From positions 1-32,455 of the forward strand of contig DATCYX010000360.1 in the NCBI GenBank assembly GCA_036526235.1: a stretch of 32,455 nt of DNA, in the 5' to 3' direction. Position numbers and translations under genes: made by a program. This document shows, in pieces, positions 1-8,258 of this stretch; the stretch's first letter is position 1; each line of letters opens with the position of its first letter. Below the pieces are notes generated by a model. The model was not told where the DNA came from. It worked only from the letters and a program-made list of their open reading frames with translations, and searched no databases. The stretch comes from Anaerolineales bacterium (GTDB lineage Bacteria; Chloroflexota; Anaerolineae; Anaerolineales; UBA4823).

Positions 1-125
1 TCCACGACCACATTTCCCGGGAAAACGAAGTAGACCAGGAACATGCCCGGCCAAGCTATCACATAAACCAAGATAAAGAAAGCTGCAACTTGATGACTCT
101 TGATCCAGTTCGTTACTTTATTCAT
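1..125 (-). CDS. Hypothetical membrane protein, first 41 codons only (gene continues past the left edge)
   Basis: Minus-strand ATG at 123-125, 8 nt downstream of AAGGAG (complement of 134-139). It reads MNKVTNWIKSHQVAAFFILVYVIAWPGMFLVYFVFPGNVVV and stays open to position 1, with a hydrophobic helix. It is absent from the ORF track because no stop lies in the window. It competes with the track ORF 90-335(+), which has no SD and no recognisable content. Confidence 0.5.
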   Translation of the reverse strand, partial: MNKVTNWIKSHQVAAFFILVYVIAWPGMFLVYFVFPGNVVV

Positions 126-408
126 TGGATTGTCTCCTTTGCATTTGTGTTTTGGGTGGTATCCATGATAATTTCTCCTGATCTTTTGTTTGCCTTTTTC
201 TTGTGCTTAGTACAACACACTTACAAACGCACATACAGAATAGCATGCAGGAGAAAGAATCACACGACCCATAGTGTATGTTTTGCCCCAGCCTACGGAA
301 AGGTTCTTAATCCAAGCTCAAGATTGAATATTTAATTACTGCGGTACTGGAAAAGCCCTATTAAATTACCCCCAGAGAAATATATCGCAAGTAGGGTAAA
401 AGCCAGGA

Positions 409-1062
409 TTACTCGCGCCGGACAATACCTTCCTGCCAGGCGTAAACTGCGGCCTGGGTGCGATCGGCGAGGTGAAGTTTGCTCAAGATATTACTGACAT
501 GGCCTTTGACAGTGCCAATGCTGATGACCAACTCATCTGCGATTTTCTGGTTAGTAAAGCCTCTGGCAATCAATGTCAGCACTTCGACTTCTCGCTCGGT
601 GAGTTCTGTAAAAAGGGTGCTACGTTCAGGTTCCCCATGGCTGAATTGCTTGATCAGGCGGGCCGCAACTCTGGGATGCAGTGTTGCCTCCCCTTTGGAG
701 GCCCGTTGAATGGCTTCGACCAATTCCTGAGCCTTGACATCCTTGAGCAAATAGGAAATCGCACCGGCCTGGAGCGCCGGGAAAATATGCTCATCTTCAT
801 GGAAGGAGGTCAGTATGATGATCTGTGTGCGCGGGCTGATGTCCTTCACTTTGCGGGTGGCTTCCACACCGTCCATGCCGGGCATGACCAGGTCCATAAG
901 TACAACATCCGGAATATATTCGCGGGCCAGGCGCACAGCCTCTATCCCCGATTCGGCTTCCGCCACCACTGCGATCTCAGGCTGCGCTTCCAGGTATCCT
1001 TTGGCCCCATTGCGCACCATTTCATGGTCATCCACGATCATGACTGTGATTGGTTCTTGCAT
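409..1062 (-). CDS. Two-component response regulator, NarL/FixJ family (REC domain plus LuxR-type HTH)
   Basis: 217 aa. REC motifs are VMIVDDHEMV, the phospho-acceptor context VVLMDLVMPGMDG, and LTSF...K. The C-terminal part LTEREVEVLTLIARGFTNQKIADELVISIGTVKGHVSNILSKL is a LuxR/GerE HTH. Its start codon directly abuts the stop of the upstream kinase gene. Confidence 0.95.
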   Translation of the reverse strand: MQEPITVMIVDDHEMVRNGAKGYLEAQPEIAVVAEAESGIEAVRLAREYIPDVVLMDLVMPGMDGVEATRKVKDISPRTQIIILTSFHEDEHIFPALQAGAISYLLKDVKAQELVEAIQRASKGEATLHPRVAARLIKQFSHGEPERSTLFTELTEREVEVLTLIARGFTNQKIADELVISIGTVKGHVSNILSKLHLADRTQAAVYAWQEGIVRRE

Positions 1063-2586
1063 TTACGGCCTCCTCCACCCCTCGGTTGGGATCGTTAGAC
1101 AGACTTTCGTTCCTTGCCCAGGTTCGCTTTGGATGCTGAAATCACCCATGAGCGATTCCACCCGCTCACGCATCGAATCAAGCCCCATACCATCATGCGG
1201 CTGTTGGGTGTCAAACCCTTTGCCATCATCACTGATGCAGAATTCAACTGAATAATTTCCAAAACGCATTGTAACATCAACGCTTTTCGCTGAGCTATGT
1301 TTGGCCACGTTCGCTAACGCTTCCTGCATGATTCGGTAAATGGCTTGTTTGACCTCCAGAGATAAATCGACGAATCCATCCACATCCAGGGTCGCTTCGA
1401 TACCGGTTTGGTGGGCCCACTCAATGACATATTCATTGAGGGTTTCATCAAAACGCGCGCCGTTCATTGACGGTGGTCGCAGTTCATGGATCAAATCGGT
1501 CAACTCCACCCGCACCGAATCCACCAGAGTATCGGCTTTCACCAAATGGTTTTTTGCCGATTGGGGATCGCGCTCGAAAAGCGTCAAGGCCGTCCCCAAA
1601 TGAAAGGAGGCAGCTAGGGCTTCTTGCTTGGCACTGTCGTGCAGGTCGCGCGCCAGGCGGTTGCGCTCTTCAGAAACAGCCATCTCCTGGCTTCTTTTGA
1701 GGAACTGCTGGAGTTGTTCCGCCATTTGGTTGAGACGTACTGCCATTGTACTGATTTCATCGCCAGTAGGATCCTCGATAAATTCAGAAAAATCGCCTTG
1801 GCTCCAGGCATCGGTCACCTGCGAAACTCGTCGTAAGCGCAGAACCATACCACGGGCCGTCAGGGAGCCAAAAATAGTTCCAACCAGACCGGCAGCTAGC
1901 AACAAGATCAAGACACTCTGTCCCAACAATATGGTTAGGGTTTCTGGGATATCATTGGCGGTTGGCAAATGCTCTATGTAAATGATCACAACCCCCAAAA
2001 CCTCTTGATCATCTTCATTCTTTACAGGGATCGCAAAATAAAAACGTTCGTGTGGTTCAAGGGTGATGAATATCCGCTCTGGATCAACTTCTCCATTAAA
2101 GGCTGCTGTCAGGGCACCGTCCAGACCAGGGAAAGTCCCCCTATCAAGCGGTTGTCCGACTACAGCTCCAGGAACAAGATGCGGATTGTTGAGTCCAAGC
2201 AGATTTCCTTCTTTATCGAGGAGAATAGTGCTTCCCCGTCCCTCTGTCCTTAACCGGATTTGAAAGTCGCCGATTTGAAATATTTCGAGCTCTGTAATGG
2301 TTAATTCACCCCCTTCCAGTATGTCTGCGATCAAATCTGTATCGATGGGGTCTTGCCTGTAAATAAGGCGCATTATGGCAGTGCCATTTTCGCTGATAAC
2401 CCTAATCCATTCTTCGGGCGTGAGCGCGCGATTATAGATCTCGATCGGAATAAAAGCCCTTGAAAACATTAGGTACCCTAGAATTAACACAACAACGAAC
2501 AAAGAGCCTACGGTAACCGCGGAATAGCTCAGTGTTAACTTCCACTGTAAGAGGCGAAATGATGGAATTATCTTCTTGAAAAACAT
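1063..2586 (-). CDS. Sensor histidine kinase, HisKA_3 (NarX/LiaS-type), with two TM helices, an extracytoplasmic domain and a HAMP linker
   Basis: 507 aa. TM1 is LSYSAVTVGSLFVVVLILGYLMF and TM2 is LTILLGQSVLILLLAAGLVGTIFGSL, flanking a ~175-aa loop. A HAMP-like segment follows. The H-box is ERNRLARDLHDSAKQ. HATPase_c motifs are EALANVAKHS, DDGKGF and GMGLDSMRERVESLMG. AGGAGGA lies 4 nt upstream of the ATG (complement of 2591-2597). Confidence 0.9.
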   Translation of the reverse strand: MFFKKIIPSFRLLQWKLTLSYSAVTVGSLFVVVLILGYLMFSRAFIPIEIYNRALTPEEWIRVISENGTAIMRLIYRQDPIDTDLIADILEGGELTITELEIFQIGDFQIRLRTEGRGSTILLDKEGNLLGLNNPHLVPGAVVGQPLDRGTFPGLDGALTAAFNGEVDPERIFITLEPHERFYFAIPVKNEDDQEVLGVVIIYIEHLPTANDIPETLTILLGQSVLILLLAAGLVGTIFGSLTARGMVLRLRRVSQVTDAWSQGDFSEFIEDPTGDEISTMAVRLNQMAEQLQQFLKRSQEMAVSEERNRLARDLHDSAKQEALAASFHLGTALTLFERDPQSAKNHLVKADTLVDSVRVELTDLIHELRPPSMNGARFDETLNEYVIEWAHQTGIEATLDVDGFVDLSLEVKQAIYRIMQEALANVAKHSSAKSVDVTMRFGNYSVEFCISDDGKGFDTQQPHDGMGLDSMRERVESLMGDFSIQSEPGQGTKVCLTIPTEGWRRP

Positions 2587-2842
2587 TTTCCTCCTAAGAA
2601 ATTATCGTTTAGGAAAAAAGAGTAATCAGTTATTATTAGTATACCGAAAAAGGTGATTTGATTAATATGACCAGAGACCTGTTTTTTCCCGCACCACAGA
2701 TAGATTTCCGATCTACGATCTAGATGATTGAGTTATTCCAAATCAGCTGGTCTCTACAGGGCTGATGTTCATCTTGTGACTTAGCAGACCTATATTAGGA
2801 TTCCTCACTTAGCACTATGTTTTCTCCTAATTCTAGGGAAGG

Positions 2843-2876
2843 GGGTGGTTCGGAACTCATCCGCTACGGGTCACCT
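2843..2876 (+). repeat. Copy A of a 30-nt conserved hairpin-forming repeat (core 2845-2874)
   Basis: The core GTGGTTCGGAACTCATCCGCTACGGGTCAC matches 4526-4555 at 27 of 30 positions. On the plus strand it folds into a 10-bp stem (2843-2852 with 2867-2876, including G-U pairs) and a 14-nt loop GAACTCATCCGCTA. It is preceded by a purine-rich tract TAGGGAAGGGG. Confidence 0.6.
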
Positions 2877-3265
2877 ATATGTGGGGGGTAAGCCTGCGGA
2901 AAAAGCGCTACCGTGATCATTTACTGATAGTGGTTGGTATCAATACAGCGCTTCGCATTTAGGACTTACAGCAGTTGCGCATTGGGCATTTCATCGACGA
3001 CCACAAACGGATGATGCAGTGGTTTTGGATCAAGGAGCAGAAACTTTACAAGCGTCATGAAGTTGTAATCAACCAGGGCATTTATGAAGCATGGTTAGTA
3101 AATATTTTTATGAAGTATAATTGCGGGACTTTCTCAAAGATGGATAACAGATTATCCAGATAGTTCAGGCTGTCAACATATTTTAGATCACCTGCTGACG
3201 ACCAGTATCCAATCGTGTCAGACCAAGCTTTATCCCTCTTAATTTCGAAAACTGGAGAATGAGTT

Positions 3266-3646
3266 ATGAACCTGAAGAATATGTTTGCCACCAGCGCAAT
3301 TGTCGCGATCCTGCTTGGACTGGGACTTATCCTGGTACCGGTGCCGTTAATGACTGCAAGGACTGGTCATCCCCCTGATGTTCTGACCGCTCATGTTGCC
3401 AGGCAGTTTGGTATTGCCATGCTAGCCGCAGGAGTAATCTCTTGGATGGCGCGCCGCACAACTGATTCGACTGCTCGCAACGCTATTGTAGTTGGCTTAG
3501 CCTTGCTATACGTGCTGTTACCCATCGAGACTGCCATCTCAATTGTGCGTGGCTCAGAAAGCGCCGAAGGCTTCGTATTGGTAGTCGTTTTTGGGATACT
3601 GGCTGTCGGTTTCATACTGTTAGGCAAACCAAGATTGACCTTCTAA
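3266..3646 (+). CDS. Small integral membrane protein (about four TM helices), function unknown
   Basis: 126 aa. GGAG lies 9 nt upstream of the ATG. There are four hydrophobic stretches (AIVAILLGLGLILVPVPL, FGIAMLAAGVISWM, AIVVGLALLYVLLPI, FVLVVVFGILAVGFILL). I recognise no family signature. Confidence 0.6.
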   Translation: MNLKNMFATSAIVAILLGLGLILVPVPLMTARTGHPPDVLTAHVARQFGIAMLAAGVISWMARRTTDSTARNAIVVGLALLYVLLPIETAISIVRGSESAEGFVLVVVFGILAVGFILLGKPRLTF

Positions 3647-3657
3647 AGAGACAACCA

Positions 3658-3891
3658 ATGGAAATCACACCCAAAACAAAAGTATCCGATATCCTGGAAG
3701 AATACGGTGATATCGCTGATGTGATGGAGATATTTGGCATCAAGCGCGTGGCGCGCTACTCATTCCGAAAGATGCTAACCAAAGCTTTGACGGTTGAGGT
3801 GGCTGCGCGTGTGCACAGGGTCCCACTTGATGAATTCCTGGAAACACTGAATAACGCTATTGAAATGCGTGCGAAGAATCAAGAGCCATGA
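3658..3891 (+). CDS. DUF1858-like small protein, cysteine-less variant
   Basis: 77 aa, starting 11 nt after the upstream gene. ITPKTKVSDILEEYGDIADVMEIFGI...TVEVAARVHRVPLDEFLETLNNA aligns by eye with the DUF1858 pattern (I.....I.E.L..YP....V....G..C.GC.....TLEEAA..HG.DL..LL..LN). The CxxC position reads RVAR. Confidence 0.6.
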   Translation: MEITPKTKVSDILEEYGDIADVMEIFGIKRVARYSFRKMLTKALTVEVAARVHRVPLDEFLETLNNAIEMRAKNQEP

Positions 3892-4040
3892 GACGGCGCC
3901 GAAGCGATCTCTAGATCACATGTGGGGGACAACCTAGCGGCTAAGCATTCTTCATCAAGGACAGGCACCTTTGCCATATCCACCGAACCAGTCCAGACTG
4001 GCGCGGTCGCCCTCCTCGACCAGTTCGAACCTACACCTGA

Positions 4041-4190
4041 GCGCCCAATGTGAACACAGGTTTTACGCACCTTGCCGGGCTGGTTAACCTCCGCAAGCTA
4101 AACCTCCGTTTCACGAAGGTTGCCGATACCGGGGTTGGCAAGCTGCAGAAAGCATTGCCGAACTGTAAGCTATTTAAGGAAACCTTATGA
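4041..4190 (+). pseudogene. Orphan C-terminal fragment of a leucine-rich-repeat protein
   Basis: The open frame after the TGA at 4038-4040 reads APNVNTGFTHLAGLVNLRKLNLRFTKVADTGVGKLQKALPNCKLFKETL*. LxxLxxLxLxxTxVxDxGxxxLxxALPNCK is a typical terminal LRR unit. There is no start codon or upstream repeats in frame (stop at 3942-3944 in the same frame). Its TGA overlaps the ATG of the next remnant (ATGA). Confidence 0.35.
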
Positions 4191-4417
4191 AATTTACACC
4201 AATCGATTGGAAAACTTGGCCTCGTGGTTAATACTTTGATGTCCACTTCAATAAAGTACCAAACATATTCAGCATGACAGTAAACATCGATATTTCCACA
4301 TTGCTTGAAGCAGTGAAAGATATTGGCATTATTGATGGCTTTCATCTTCCTGGGTTTTTGAATGAGTTGCAGAGTACGGTTGATTATTTGGCAATCACAA
4401 ATTTCGGTAGTAAATAA
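4187..4417 (+). pseudogene. Chloramphenicol-acetyltransferase (classical CAT, type A) family remnant with a premature stop and an internal deletion
   Basis: It reads MKFTPIDWKTWPRG*YFDVHFNKVPNIFSMTVNIDISTLLEAVKDIGIIDGFHLPGFLNELQSTVDYLAITNFGSK*. The N-terminal 45 codons match the CAT N-terminus pattern (M.F..ID...W.R...F..Y......FS.T..IDIS.L....K). DGFH..FLNELQ matches the CAT C-terminal catalytic segment (HHAVCDG(F/Y)H....NELQ). About 140 central codons are missing, and an in-frame TAA sits at 4229-4231. Confidence 0.55.
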
Positions 4418-4523
4418 TTCAAAAAAGATAACGCCAGCATAATTTGACGACTCGTGATTTTGAGACCAAGATTCTTGAAAATGTAACACGTTCGTAACTT
4501 ATTACCCTTAGAAAGAGGCATGG

Positions 4524-4557
4524 GTGTGGTTCGGAACTCATGCGCTATGGGTTACAC
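4524..4557 (+). repeat. Copy B of the 30-nt hairpin-forming repeat (core 4526-4555)
   Basis: The core is GTGGTTCGGAACTCATGCGCTATGGGTTAC. The stem pairs 4524-4533 with 4548-4557 and the loop is GAACTCATGCGCTA. Two of the three core substitutions relative to copy A turn G-C pairs into G-U pairs, and the flanking stem pair G-C in A is U-A in B (compensatory). It is preceded by a purine-rich tract TTAGAAAGAGG. Confidence 0.6.
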
Positions 4558-4733
4558 GAAGAACCGCAAGATGTTGTCGAGCAGTTTTTGTTTGTGGTAC
4601 GGATGTTTCGATAATGGGTGATCCAGAACGGTGATAGGGTGGTAAGCATTCTTTTCTCTCCTCAGTGGTGGGAAATCGCCCAAATGCGATTGCCCTATTC
4701 AAATGGTCGTCTGGGGAGTGGAGAGAAATGTAA

Positions 4734-4742
4734 TGCTATAAT
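4734..4742 (+). promoter_or_regulatory. Candidate extended -10 promoter element (TGcTATAAT) for the STAND operon
   Basis: A perfect TATAAT at 4737-4742 has TG at 4734-4735. There is no good -35. It lies ~50 nt upstream of the ATG at 4795. Pattern match only. Confidence 0.3.
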
Positions 4743-4794
4743 CCTCCAAGCTGTTATTTACTACCGCACATTCTGGGTTTGAAAGGTAAGAACT

Positions 4795-7700
4795 ATGCCG
4801 GAATCTGTACTGAGTTTTCAATCGCTGCCCCAGGAATACCAACAAGTTATTCAGCTCGCGGAAGATCGATATGGGATCGCCATTGCCCCGCTCCAAGAAT
4901 TGGCCGGTGGGTGGTCGGGAGCAATCATTTACCTGGTGCGCGTCGCTTCCACAGATTCCAAAAAAGTGGAACACCTAATCCTGAAGCTTGACCGCAAACG
5001 GACGATGTCGTCTTCCGATGAAGTCTCCCGACATAAAAAGGTACAGCAGATTTCCCCCTCTGAGTTCACCAATCTGCACATCCCCGAAATGGCTTACGAT
5101 CAGGTTGAAGCTGAGAATGCCCTGGCGATTTTTTATACGATAGCTGGCCAATCGCTGCACAATTTCCTCACGCTCTCAAGCCACCAGCGCCAGAGCCACA
5201 TTGAAACCTTGTTCTCAGCGACCAACCACATATTGCTGGATAGCTGGAATGCAGGTCTGACATTTGAGCAGATTGATCACCCCCGGGATCTGCTGCAGAA
5301 GTGGCTGGGGTTTCGTCTGGATGCGGGTCAGAATATTGAGATTTTCTTAAGCGAGGTCTGTCAGTTGCCCCCCAATATCCCGGGTTTCATCGTCCAGGGT
5401 AATATCCTCCCAAATCCGCTGTACTATGCGCGAAATATCGATGCCTGGACCTCAGTCAGGGCTGGGGATGCTATGGTCGGGCTGCAGCACAGCGATTTAA
5501 ACACGAACAATATCCTGGCCAAGTTTTCACGACAGGGGGATGAATTAGAAGGCTACTACCTGATCGATTTTGCCCTCTTCAAAGAGAACATGCCACTACT
5601 GTATGATCAACGCTACCTGGAGATGTCTTATCTGACCCATACGATCTCGCAGGGGATCTATAACAGCGTGGTAGGCCTGATCTGCCGGTATGGGGAGCAG
5701 GACATCCTGGAGCCCGATCAAACAGCGATCGAAATGACTGGTGTCAATGCAGCCATACGTGCAGGGCGGATCGCCTTTGGAGACTGGGTACGGGAAAACC
5801 ATCCCAGCTTGCATGACGACTTGTGGGGTCAATACTGGCTTGCAGGAACAGCGGCAGGGTTGAGCTACTGCCACAAAGCGGGTCAGGCCGATGGAATACG
5901 ACTGGCGGGGCTGATTTATGCCTCCGCCAACCTGAAGCAGTATTTTAAGTTATTTGGTCTTCCCATGCCCACCGGTGCCAGCCAGTTGTACGCCGAAGGT
6001 CAGATCGGGGGCATGCCCGCAGCAGGCTTCACGCTGGCTTCCCCGGCTAGAAAACCGAACCATAATTTGCCAGCACCGCCGACGAACTTCATCGGCCGGA
6101 CGGCTGAACTGGCTGAGTTAACCGATTTGCTGCTTCGTCCGGAGGTGCGGCTGGTTTCGTTGACAGGGCCGGGTGGGACGGGAAAAACCCGCCTGAGCCT
6201 GGAAGCAGGCAGAGCTTTGCTGGACCGCTTTCCCCAAGGTGTGTATTTCGTTGACCTGGCGCAAATCAACGATCCGTCACTGGTTTCGGCAACCACCGCT
6301 CACACGATCGGGATCCGTGAAGGCGGAGGTCGACCGCCATTAGAGACTTTGAAAGACTACCTGGCTGGCAGAGGAATGCTCCTGATTTTCGATAATTTCG
6401 AACAAGTCGTTGGAGCTGCCGCGGACATCTCGCAGCTGCTCGCCGCTGCTCCTGGGATCAAAGCGTTGGTCACCAGTCGAACCCCTTTGCACCTGCGCGG
6501 GGAGCATGAATACCCAGTCTCCCCTCTGGACATGCCCCCGGATGCATACCAATCTATTGACCAGGCTATTAAATATGAAGCGGTGGCTCTTTTTCGGCAG
6601 CAAGCCAGGACTGTCCAGCCAGCATTCGATCTTACAGAGGACAACCGTGCTGCGGTCATAGAGATCTGCCGCCGCCTTGATGGTCTTCCACTGGCGATCG
6701 AGATCGCCGCCGCCCGCATCAAGATGCTCTCCCCCCAGGCATTACTTGACCGCCTGGACCACAGCTTGAGCCTGCTGGTGGGAGGAGCCAAGGATTTACC
6801 CAACCGGCAGCAAACCTTGCGCGGGACCATCGACTGGAGTTATGAATTGCTCCAACCTGTGGAACAGATCCTCTTCACACGATTGGGAATCTTTGCCGGG
6901 GGGTTCACCCTGAATGCTGCAGATGAAATCTGCAAACCGATGGGCGAAGTGGACGTTTTTTCTGGTGTTGAGACGCTTCTAAATAACAGCTTGCTTCGCC
7001 AGGTCCATTCGGCCAGCAGTGAGCCACGCTTCGACATGCTTCAGACGATTCGCGAGTACGCATTGGAAAAAGCAGCAGAAGCCGGCATAATGACCGAGCT
7101 TCAATGGGCTCACTGTGGCTATTATTCACGAATGGCGGCGGCTGCAGGAAATTTGGGCGAAGGGAGTTTTGGCGCCCATTCTGTGATTTGGCTGCAGCGC
7201 TATGAAGAAGAATATGATAATTTCCGTGTGGCCCTCTCCTGGGGAATAAAGCATCCTGAAGAAGGCTTCCCACTGGTGATTGCGATGATGAATCAGCTGG
7301 CCTGGTTCTGGTACCGCTATGGTTACTTGCAAGAGGGCAGTGAATGGACCGAACGCAGCCTGGCGGCTACACAAGGGATGGGTGATTCGCCGGCGCGCGC
7401 CTGGGCGCTAGTCGGGCGCGCATATCTGGCTTTGTGGTCAGGCGACCTGTTGATTGCCGCGCGATATGGGCGGGAAGCTGTGGAAATGTGCCAACGGATA
7501 AGCTTTGACCTTGGCTTATCCCTGGCTAAACTAACCTTCGGGACGACATTGATCAATCAAGGCAAGGACAGAGAAGCCTATCCCCACCTGGTGGATGCGG
7601 TCGAGCTCTATGACCAGCAGGATCAACCCTGGATGAAAGGAACAGCCTTGGTCCACCTAGCCAATGTGTCCCTTGGATTAGGCGATCCAGAGCAGGCCAC

Positions 7701-8253
7701 CCAATGGTTGGATATGGCCATGCCATTCTTGTTGAATTCTGGTGATGTATGGGCAATGGCTTTCGGATTGAATAACTACGGAGAAGTTGCTCGAGCCCAG
7801 GGGGACTATGATAGAGCAGAAGATTTCTACCGGCGAACCGACGAATTGTACAAGCAGGCGGATGCAAAAGGCGACCAGGCACGTCTTCTACACACATTCG
7901 GCTACATTGCCCAGCATAAGGGTGATCTTAATGGGGCACGCTCGTTATTCTTGGAGAGCCTTAATGATTTTCGAAAATTGGGCAACCATCGCGGTATCGC
8001 AGAATGCCTGGCTGGCCTGGCTGGTCTGGGAGCAATACAAGGAAAACATGAGTGGGCCACACCTTTGTTGAGCAGCGCGGAGAGCCAGCTTAAGGCGATT
8101 GGCGGCGCCTGGTGGCCTGCAGACCGGGTAGAAATTGAGCGGGCGAGAGAGCGCCTGCGAGCCGCTCTCGACGACCGCTTTGATGAGCTCTGGGAGCAAG
8201 GCCAATCTATGGGTGTTGAAGAGGCGATTGCCTACGCCACGAATGAGGCGTAA
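4795..8253 (+). CDS. Tripartite STAND NTPase: N-terminal protein-kinase-like (APH/choline-kinase type) domain, NB-ARC-type P-loop NTPase, C-terminal TPR array
   Basis: 1152 aa. The kinase-like part has GGWSGAIIYLV (res 38-48), K64 in ILKLD, HSDLNTNNIL (res 232-241, nt 5488-5517) and YLIDFA (D258). The NTPase has Walker A GPGGTGKT (res 458-465, nt 6166-6189), Walker B MLLIFDN (528-534) and LDGLPLAIE (628-636, the GLPL motif of NB-ARC/AP-ATPases), followed by LFTRLGIFAGGF (winged-helix region). Res ~800-1150 are repeated helical A/L/G/Y/W-rich units typical of TPRs (for example GDYDRAEDFYRRTDELYKQ and GDLNGARSLFLESLNDFRKLG). Confidence 0.85.
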   Translation: MPESVLSFQSLPQEYQQVIQLAEDRYGIAIAPLQELAGGWSGAIIYLVRVASTDSKKVEHLILKLDRKRTMSSSDEVSRHKKVQQISPSEFTNLHIPEMAYDQVEAENALAIFYTIAGQSLHNFLTLSSHQRQSHIETLFSATNHILLDSWNAGLTFEQIDHPRDLLQKWLGFRLDAGQNIEIFLSEVCQLPPNIPGFIVQGNILPNPLYYARNIDAWTSVRAGDAMVGLQHSDLNTNNILAKFSRQGDELEGYYLIDFALFKENMPLLYDQRYLEMSYLTHTISQGIYNSVVGLICRYGEQDILEPDQTAIEMTGVNAAIRAGRIAFGDWVRENHPSLHDDLWGQYWLAGTAAGLSYCHKAGQADGIRLAGLIYASANLKQYFKLFGLPMPTGASQLYAEGQIGGMPAAGFTLASPARKPNHNLPAPPTNFIGRTAELAELTDLLLRPEVRLVSLTGPGGTGKTRLSLEAGRALLDRFPQGVYFVDLAQINDPSLVSATTAHTIGIREGGGRPPLETLKDYLAGRGMLLIFDNFEQVVGAAADISQLLAAAPGIKALVTSRTPLHLRGEHEYPVSPLDMPPDAYQSIDQAIKYEAVALFRQQARTVQPAFDLTEDNRAAVIEICRRLDGLPLAIEIAAARIKMLSPQALLDRLDHSLSLLVGGAKDLPNRQQTLRGTIDWSYELLQPVEQILFTRLGIFAGGFTLNAADEICKPMGEVDVFSGVETLLNNSLLRQVHSASSEPRFDMLQTIREYALEKAAEAGIMTELQWAHCGYYSRMAAAAGNLGEGSFGAHSVIWLQRYEEEYDNFRVALSWGIKHPEEGFPLVIAMMNQLAWFWYRYGYLQEGSEWTERSLAATQGMGDSPARAWALVGRAYLALWSGDLLIAARYGREAVEMCQRISFDLGLSLAKLTFGTTLINQGKDREAYPHLVDAVELYDQQDQPWMKGTALVHLANVSLGLGDPEQATQWLDMAMPFLLNSGDVWAMAFGLNNYGEVARAQGDYDRAEDFYRRTDELYKQADAKGDQARLLHTFGYIAQHKGDLNGARSLFLESLNDFRKLGNHRGIAECLAGLAGLGAIQGKHEWATPLLSSAESQLKAIGGAWWPADRVEIERARERLRAALDDRFDELWEQGQSMGVEEAIAYATNEA

Positions 8254-8258
8254 TCGCT

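Noticed and set aside
90-335. 81-aa plus-strand ORF at the left edge
   Set aside because: It has no SD and odd composition. Its 5' part overlaps the better-supported minus-strand start (ATG 125 with AAGGAG).
472-1255. Long plus-strand ORFs (472-1098, 479-709, 815-1255) overlapping the response-regulator and kinase genes
   Set aside because: They are antisense shadows of two genes with unmistakable family motifs. They have no SD and no recognisable motifs.
2845-2874. GGTTCGGAACTC resembling a tRNA T-arm (GGTTCGAATCC), which would suggest a tRNA fragment or att site
   Set aside because: No acceptor, D or anticodon arms can be drawn around it. The second copy has the same non-tRNA context. A stand-alone hairpin repeat explains it better.
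4031-4489. 152-aa minus-strand ORF, the only sizeable ORF in the decay zone
   Set aside because: It runs antisense to the LRR tail and the CAT remnant, both of which have recognisable protein similarity on the plus strand. Its own sequence is Cys/Phe/Asn-rich with no motif. It is probably spurious, but a blastp search should confirm this.
2843-4557. The two direct repeat copies as ends of a mobile element
   Set aside because: There is no transposase, integrase or target-site duplication between or beside them. The copies are direct rather than inverted, and each is internally palindromic.
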